Shown here one piece after another: positions 55,701 to 64,000 of a stretch of DNA of 64,000 nt. The DNA comes from Phoronis australis (lineage: Eukaryota; Animalia; Phoronida). The DNA lies in the NCBI GenBank assembly GCA_002633005.1, contig NMRA01000064.1:543895-607894 (forward strand), in the 5' to 3' direction. Every line of letters begins with the position of its first letter. Positions within the stretch are counted from its first letter, which is position 1. The position numbers and the translations under genes are program-made. The notes under the pieces are model-generated. The model saw only the letters and a list, made by a program, of their open reading frames with translations, made no database searches and was not told where the DNA came from.

Positions 55701-58700
55701 CTGCAAAGTTTGAACGTTAGTAATTTAGAGCTGCATTTTGCCCGTTAGTAATTTAGAGCTGCATTTTGCCCGGTTTAGCTGTCTAAAATCAAAAAATAGA
55801 ATTTGGCCTTTTACTCACATAGAATTGATCTCATGGTCTTCCTTACTTTGATTTTTGTTACTTAAGTAATGGAAATTAAGACTCCTATCATGATATTTTC
55901 CGAGACCGATGTTATGAGTGTTAAAGGCCAATTTTGTTTTTTTAGCAAGCTAAATAGAGTGAAGTGCATCCTTAACTAAGAACAATTTAGTAATTATCAC
56001 AGTTGAATAATTTGTGATAGATTGAACTTCACAATTACTCATGTTTACAAATGTTTCAGTATGATCTTGTTTTGCAGGAACTCTGTAGTGGTTGGTGTGG
56101 AAAACTAACTTTAGATTACATTTCCTGTTTCAGGAAGTACCAGCCTGAGCGCGCCCGCTGTTAGGAGATGATATCTGTTGTTTACCACGACTAGTGTCTT
56201 TCCAAATGTTATGTTGTCTGACTAATCAGTCTTCTCTATTTCATGGGAGACTTTCAACTAGCAAACAGGTGACTGATCTCAAGGCTAATTACATACACAG
56301 TAATAGGTTCCCCTATTGCAGCCGCTGCCAAAAGGGAGTACCTCCTGGTATGGCCAGGTGGCAGTAAGGGTCAGTGGTCCCAGGCTTCCTGCAAGTCTCC
56401 CATGACAAAACACAATACGGTGTTTTAAGCTGGCGTGGACTAATTGGTTTCTGCTTTTCATCCGCGCATGTTTTCGCCTGCCATTTTAAATTTTGTAATC
56501 TGGTTCAGTGTTCAGCGCCCAGTGCCCAGTTACTGTATGCTTCCCAAAAGGATTTGTTTGTGCTAATTTGGCGAATGGACTCTCGCAATGTGTTCCAAAA
56601 GTACACTCACACTTGAGTACAATGTCGGGATCAGACTTGGTGGGCGAGGCCTATTGTATCACTATGGTTATTCCTTGTCACCTGTCACATGTCCTGTATG
56701 CATGCTAATGATAAACCAAATGACTCCGTTTTTCAAAAAGAAAACATTTATAAGGCAGTGCTGCTGGAAACTCAAAATGTATAAAGACAATTAATCTTCT
56801 TCCTAAGTTTTGCCTTTGTTTTGGTTTTATGACTAAATTCCTTTTTGATCTCTTTTATACTTTTAAACGTGTAATATTGCTCCTAAATCAATAAACTACA
56901 CTTGTATCATTTGAGCACATTTTTGTGACACTCTATTTTTCATTTTTCTCATAGCATTGCCAACTTTCATCAAATTTGGACTATATTTCTACTCAATTAG
57001 AAAAATGCCACTGATATTTTAGGATGAGCACTGATAAGAATACAGTCTAAATGTCAGGTGCATTTTTGGTATCATCACTTGTTAAAAATAACAGTTCTTG
57101 TTATAGAAATATTCCTCTTCTAATCTGTGATTAGTTTGGGATCAAACCTCACCTTTCCATGTTTTCCACACCAAGTTTTAAGGCATTGTTTCAAATTTAC
57201 TTTCAGGTGGTAAGTTTTCTTGCATAATTTGTTGAGCTCAGATTTGTGAGTATGTGAAGGTTTCCATGTTCTTGATGTTTGTCTCCCCTGCACTGATGGC
57301 TGACAATGAAGTTGGTAGCTCGCCCTGACAATACCACATAGACAAAAAGATAAATTTAGATCCATTTGACGCTGCAAATATTTCTGAATCAAACGTATTT
57401 GAGTACTTTATTGGAAAATTGCTTTCTTGATATTTTCTGTCTCTCTGCAGTGCGGAATAAGCTTTCTTATTGTCTGCATGTTTATTACGTTGATGTCTTT
57501 ATCTAGCTTCAACCCTTCACATCTAGAGTGTTCAGCTTGAGTTTTCCTGCATCAGAATCGTATCTTACTGCTTTACGTTTCCTGCAATATCACAGTGATT
57601 TTTTGCAACCACGGCTTTGTGTGTATTGCCTTGTGGAAGTGAAAATTAGTTGTGCTAGCTACTATGCGTAATCAGCCGGGGGTTTCCCAACTTCATGTGC
57701 GAACCTATGAAGTACATAAGGTAGTTTGAGTGCCTCTCGTGTACATTCCATCATGTATTCCTGACAACTATAGAGTGAGTTTTGTTAGTGTTGCCATAAA
57801 TCGCTCCTCATAAACCTGCTGTCACCCATCTGTCAAAGAAGTTAACTTTTGATTTAAACCGCATAGAGCTACAATTTAACTGATCTCAACGCAGATGAAA
57901 ATCTGGCATGGAAAAAGCTCTAGTTGGTCTGAGGTGACTCATCACATAAAGTGACCTCCCCTGACAGGCCAACGTAGCACCTGGTCTTTACCAGCTCTTT
58001 CCTAGCCCAAAAATCACCTGTTATGTAAATGCCTACCTTTGTTACCTAGGATCAAATTTCTTAAGTAAATTTTGAAGTATTGATTGTATACACATAAAAC
58101 TATTTTTAAATCCTTGATGATCACAAAGTCTTGTTACACTTACACAAATAATACTCTGACGTTTGTAATCATGTGAATGCGTTTTTCTAGGAAATATTAT
58201 TTCTGGGGGAGATCGCTTTAATTTCCACAAAAATGATTTTTTGCATAAAACTTGTTGATTCCTTTTTTATTATCAGCTAGGAAATGGTGTCTAGAATTTA
58301 CTTTAAGTCCTTTAAGTGTGAAAACTCCACTGTCAAACATTACTTGAGTTTTGACAGCAAGGTCTCTGGCTAAAATGCCTTAAAAATGTCTGGCACCTTT
58401 TTGTAGCTAATACAATAAAGAAACAGAATTTGCAAGTTGGGTGGGAAAATGTTTGTGAAGAACTTGTGATCTCCATGGCAACTCATAGCTTTTGAGAGAA
58501 AACGCAAATATGTGATCAGTAGCATCTGCACATTGCTTTTGTGCAAATAACAAGATTCTGTGATCATCAAATATTTTTAAGATACGTTTTTTGGGTCTAC
58601 CAATAATACCAAAACATTTTTTTTGAGAAACTTGATCATCGGTAGTGAAAGTAGCTTATTATCGTGTTCTGATTATGTAAGGAGGAATTTGGAATCAACT

Positions 58701-60530
58701 TAAGAACTCTAAATGGTCAAAATCAGTAGTTGGTTTTTGTGGGAGAAGTTGAGTTTGTTGACACTTTAAATGATTGATTGAGATGGTCAGAGTTTACAAG
58801 CATTATTCCTAACAAAGAACAGTGGGTCAATTTTCCACACATTTTCTACTATTCAAGCCTTTCTTAATTCAACTTTGACCAATGTTACAAACTCAAACCT
58901 ACAAAGCAAGGTTACTCAATGGACTCTTTAATTAATTGACTCGGGAAAACTGAGGAAATACAACTATTCGTGCAGCCAGATTTCATATGGTACGATTTTG
59001 ATTTGTTACTTGTCTTTGGAGCAAGACGCAATCGGTCATCTTTATTCTTATCAACTTCACGTTAAAGCAGAAAGTGGTGTCGATGCGGAAAAGAACCAAG
59101 TCTATATTGCTTAACATTCAATGCATGTTCATTGCAAATATTTGAAATTGGATTCCTACTTCTGTCGACAAGTGCCGCTCTTAGACCTCTCAGGATTTGG
59201 CTTTGTGCACGGTCAACGACACCAATCATGATGATTGTGTCGGTGTTAGCATCTAATTAGACAGTGGCTGATTATACCCGGGAGGGGCTGCTTTTCTAAA
59301 AATGTGTTATCAAGAAAATGGGTATGAGAGTGGTGAAAAGTCATCTTGATACAATACAAAGATTGTAACACGACGAGTCAATACTATTCTGGCAGTGCAT
59401 TATGTGTCTTGTGCCTCTTCACCATTAAATAAAGACTTAAAATCCATTGCAATCAGCTTGGGCTTTAAATCAGTTGATGATGCCAGTGTAAATACCTGCA
59501 GTTTAGCTTTAAGTGATTGATTCAACACGCACCCTCCCGTTGAGTTTATTTTGAATCGATTTAACCTAAACGTATTCCTACCTTGTGAGGTGTGAATTAT
59601 ACATAATCTGTTAGACTCAGATGGGAGAAGTGACATGTATGTGCACAATGTGCAGATCTAAATTTCCTGTTTCTTCCTTTGTTCGAGATGTCTTGCATTA
59701 TTGGAGTTTGATATTTTCTCATTTTAGAAATTTACTATCTACCATCGTAGGATTGCACAAAGAAAAAAAAATTAAAAAGTAATAAGTATCGACAGTGAAA
59801 ACTAATCAATGAAGCGGCATTTCTAAGAGGACATTTTTGATAGGATGGTAGGAGTGCACATGCATGGGATTCTTCCAGTAGATGGCACACTGGTCTTTGT
59901 AGTGTAGAGGGAAAGACAAACCAGATTAAGCTGATCGGGATTAATGATTCCAAAGTAATTTGATTCCGCAATCTGAACTTCAGTGTAAACAGGATACAGT
60001 GAACTTTTTGTGTTTTGGTCGATTTCTTGTATACAATTTCAGAACACATTTCCTGAAGTAGGGATTTCTTGTCATAGGTGTACCAAAACATTCCAATATT
60101 CAAGGGGCTGTAATCTCAACATTTAAACATATATGAAGATAACTAGCGTTTGCATTATTTAGTATTGTTTCAATTTCATTAGAAGTTTCAGGAGTCTTGA
60201 GTCTTGAATTTATTATAAAGTAACATGTTAATATAATGATGGATACAAAATAAATATACTGGTGGCTTAAGCTGAACTCATCACTGTCACATTCAGAACG
60301 AAGTGGAAACCTACGGGGACATGGCAATGAACAGGGGAGGGGGAGCGGAAGGGAGGGCGCTAAACACAAAATGGAAATGAGTTTTGGCCAGGGGAGGCCT
60401 TTTTTGCTGCGTCAAAGCTCTGGTGTAATTCTTGAATTGGCGTGACGTTATCATTCTAGGTGACACCCCGAAGACTCTGGTGGACGATGAAGGACATGTG
60501 GACAAGGAAGGAATGACTTCCTTTTTAAAG
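46768..60530 (+). CDS. SLC8A: Sodium/calcium exchanger (SLC8/NCX family), partial: coding exons 46768-47476 and 60460-60530; continues beyond the window
   Basis: Exon 46740-47476 (TTTTCAG acceptor, A|GTAAGT donor) encodes [47 protein letters not shown] (alpha-1 repeat), GELGPSTIVGSAAFNLF and VELWEAIVTLLFFPLLVIIAYIADK. The phase-1-compatible exon 60460-60530 gives SDTPKTLVDDEGHVDKEGMTSFLK (lower confidence). Confidence 0.95.
47527..48965. repeat. 35-bp minisatellite (TAGTGTATTGGGTGACTCTGCAGTGACAACATGCA) split by a 1.1-kb insertion
   Basis: 3 copies at 47527-47630 and about 6.5 copies at 48745-48965. Confidence 0.9.
47632..48744. mobile_element. Non-autonomous DNA transposon with 14-bp perfect TIRs
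   Basis: CATTACCAGCAATA ... TATTGCTGGTAATG. Removing it restores the minisatellite unit at its CATAG position. Confidence 0.8.
54229..54369. mobile_element. Small MITE
   Basis: CGTTCAGTAGACGCTAGGACCT / AGGTCCTAGCGTTACTGAACG inverted pair. Confidence 0.6.
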
Positions 60531-61067
60531 GTATGATCTCTTTGATCTAGAAAACTGTAACGTAATCTTCAAAAATGGTGTGCATCCATTATCCTGTGCA
60601 GGTTTCCTTTAGTAATGACCAGATAATTATGCTGGTGTGACCCCTGATATTGTTCAAATCTTTCGTCATTTAAATTAATGTCTTCTTGCGTTTTTCTGGT
60701 AAATAGACTTTGACTTTCCTACAGTAGATCCTTTTTGTTCAAAAAATTGAAATGGTTCTTGACTAAGGACTAAGACTGTTGACCTGTAAGTATGAAAGAC
60801 ATTTTGTGCTGTGTGGGTTTGTTTTGAAAAATTTTTTACCCTGACATTGTTGTGATATTGTTAGTTGCTGCTGCAAAAGCATATTTAGGCCCCTGCATCT
60901 GTATATAAGCAGTACTATTTTGTGAAACTCTGGAGCGAAAATCGAGGAGAAATTTTTTGAGATAACATGTAGGTTAAACTAGGAATTATTCCATTCAGAA
61001 ATTTGGCGTGTGTCCTGTTTAACACTAGAAGGGTTGTAAATCAACTCTCCATCACAAACACCACTTA

Positions 61068-61481
61068 TTGTGGAAGTTTGTCTAAAATTGTTCTTTAGTC
61101 AAAATAGTGCGATTTCTGGGCCTGAAGAGGTGACAGTCGATTATTGCTTGAGACAAGGCTGTAGAATGTGGATTGTCGCTATGTGTCAGTACCGCGTGCG
61201 TGAACAAGACTGCAGGCTATTTCTTACTGATTTGTTCGCTAGTCACATGAATGTTATCGTGTTGTTCATAATCTCCGCCTTCATCGTCATGATCGTCGTC
61301 ATCGTTGTCCTCCCCATCGTCCTGTTTTCGCGTAATTTAGTGTCGCTCCTACCAGTGCTCTCGTTGTTGAGGTTTGTCTAAAATTTTCTTTAGTCAAAAT
61401 AGTGCGATTTCTGGGTCTGGAGAGATGGGACAGTCGATTATTGACAAGGCTGTAGAATGTGGAGTGTCGCTACGTGTCAGT
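61068..61481 (+). repeat. Direct repeats of about 120 bp with about 296-bp period (possible PLE/retrozyme remnant)
   Basis: GTTTGTCTAAAATT...TAGTCAAAATAGTGCGATTTCTGGG...GACAAGGCTGTAGAATGTGG...GTGTCAGT occurs at about 61076 and about 61372. Confidence 0.8.
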
Positions 61482-64000
61482 TTATTTGTTGAGGATGATC
61501 TCCAGCAATAAAAAATGGCAGTTCTTTGTGAGACCAACAGTCATTTCTCATCTGATTAAGGACTAAGTTGAGACCAATTTTACAGCGGCAAGTGGTCAAA
61601 ATCAAAATTTAATTACTTTGATAGATCGAGGATTCCTTTCAACTAATTATGTAAATCTCTGGACACAACAAAAATAGCCAGTTAAAGAAGATCACATGTC
61701 ATAAGTACTTGTACCTCTAAGTAACGCATTAGGTGCCCGTGCCTATATACAAATGTGATAAGTACTAGTACCTCTAAGTAACGCATTAGGTGCCCGTGCC
61801 TATAATACACAGCACTAATTGGGCAAAAAAACACTTTCTATTAGGCACTTGAACTCATGGGGTGACCATTAATATTTCATCATTGTCTCTGAACTTCTGG
61901 AGGTTGAATTGTTGTTATTGCTGTCATGTAAAAATATAGAAACGTGGACTTTTGAAATGCACACCAAGATTGCATCGTTGTTAAAAAAATAACATTTTTT
62001 GAACTGTTAAAGGAACTGAGGCAAGCGGTAATTTGGGAATCAAGGTCAGGTCATGCGCCAATCAGGTCATGCGCCAATGTGCGTGTACTTTCTCCTAGTT
62101 AGGTTTTGTTTGTTATGCAAATGGCGATAAAGCTAATTACTTAAAACAGAAATGTAATCAAACCTTGCCGTACTTATTAGCCATTCCAAGTTAATCCAAA
62201 TTAGAACGGAAGGAGTGTTTTAATTTAAAACTCTTTGACATTGCGGACTCTTTAGACAGTGGGTAATTTGTTTCACGCAGCTACATTGTCGACTTTACTG
62301 TTTTCTGAATTTGAAACATCTACTGAATTGATTTTCTTGTTCAAAATTAACGAAACCATATTTTGGGTGCATTCGAAAAAATCATAAGAATATTAGTGGT
62401 ATAGCAGGTGGGAGCTACTGGAATATTATACTTTGTTTTGTTTGATTTTTGGTTCTGTTTTGTTATGTTTGACTTCATTCCAAGAGATATTTAATTTCCT
62501 TATGGTGGTTAATCTTGTAAGGTGAAAGGTCAGGTCAACTGGTCAGGTAAAAAGGACATGTAAGTGCACTAGGAAAGTGGAGTATGAGTTTTGAAAAATG
62601 CATTGCAAAATTTCCATCTTAATCCACAACTTGAACATTTTTTTTTGATTGAAATAGAGAAGATGACATCAATGTCCTTTGTTAAAAGGGACATTTCCAC
62701 TGGGCTCTAAAATGATGAGTTTCAAGGTGATGTAGGATGTCTGTACATTTAGCCAAATACCTACAAAGCTATAGAATTTAACTCGGCAAAACTACATATT
62801 TTCTGAAAGTAGAAAGCTTGTAAATTTGATTTTTGAGTTCATACTAATCTGCCACTAATTAGGTCACGGTCATATGACCTTGTTTTTTAGGAAAATTCAG
62901 CATAGAGAAAACGGAAAGATTCATTGCAAAACAAGTTTGCAGTTAGTTCAGAAACTGAATGGCTTAACTGCTCCATTCCACTTGTATCAATAGGAATCGG
63001 TAATTTGATTTATCGCCTGTGTTCATTAATCAATTTAGGATCTGAAGGTTTCACTCAAGCAAAAATCTCGTTCGTCTCACTTCCCCATATCTACAAACCA
63101 GTACCACTCTGCGCACCATTACCTGCATGTAGGTGTACTTTGCCATGGTTCAAGTTTTGTTTGCAGTACCAGTTACATGAATCACTCTCTAGTATTATTT
63201 ACGGTGGACAGAGTTCACAGCAGCTGCACTTACTGGCTGACATAGCAATGTTTGTTTGAAATAAACCATCTGTAAAAACTTGATTACGATTACCGCTAAT
63301 AAAATCTGTTTTTGAAACAAGTATTTCTGACAAATTTGCCTGGTTTTGTAATTATTGCGTATCATGAATACTAATGATAAAAATGTATTAAGTATTTGAT
63401 GTAATAAACTGAAAATTTGATCTGTTGCCTCGCCTCTAACTGATTGATTTTATTATTTTTTGTTCAGTGTATTTTTAAAGCATCCATTCACCGGCATTTC
63501 ATCAACTTTCAACCTATATACTATTCGCCGTAAAACTGATCTTAACTTGTTAACAGGTAACTTGGAGGACAAAATTAACAGTTTGTAATTGGTTGAAAGC
63601 AAAAAAAAATAATTGCAGGTGGTCTGATACACATTGTACCAGGCGTGTGCAGGCCACGCATGTGGGCCCATTGCACTGATCACCTGGAACCATTTTTATG
63701 CTTTATTAATATATAGGTAAAACCAAGCTGAGGGGCTTAAGAAACCCGACTCAAAGGTTTAGCGGTGGGACCCAGTGGGACCAACGACCTCGAGTAAAGA
63801 AAGCGAGCACACTAGGCCACACTGCCTCCATGGTTGGCACATAAAATAACCTCTGTAACTTGCACCTTACAAACTACCAGGTCTTTTCAAGTCTAGAAGT
63901 GACTAATGAATGATATGATACCAATTTTATGATGGTCAGTGGCCTAAATCACAACTTGTTTTTTTGCAATGGAAGGCTGGTTTGGGTCCACTATAAATAC

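Noticed and set aside
60297-60459. Alternative upstream NCX acceptor or purine-rich exon
   Set aside because: All three frames hit stop codons before the 60460 exon.

Overview
Intron-rich, AT-rich animal (invertebrate-like) genomic DNA. Gene content, reconstructed by hand from GT-AG sites with phase checking: (1) the last three exons of a plus-strand coiled-coil gene resembling CENP-U (558-2165); (2) a complete minus-strand ATAD5/ELG1 gene (19 coding exons, CDS 22319->3170, about 1803 aa); (3) head-to-head with it, a complete plus-strand RPS9/uS4 gene (5'-TOP at about 25108, CDS 26329-28669, 191 aa); (4) the 5' part of a plus-strand Na+/Ca2+ exchanger (SLC8/NCX) gene with very long introns. 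The introns carry Kolobok-type TTAA elements, MITEs, a Gypsy LTR/gag remnant, a LINE RT remnant, Penelope-like fragments and minisatellites. Top finding: RPS9 intron 3 contains a consensus-flanked 254-nt cassette exon with an early stop codon. It carries three hairpins sharing a C-CAC-U / A-Y-G 3x1 internal loop that resembles 18S rRNA helix 16, part of the uS4 binding site. This is a candidate multivalent rRNA-mimic autoregulatory (splicing/NMD) switch. Second finding: a MITE sits inside an ATAD5 coding exon with boundaries that read exactly GT...AG, and removing it restores the frame (introner-like). No searches or folding software were run; family assignments come from recalled motifs.
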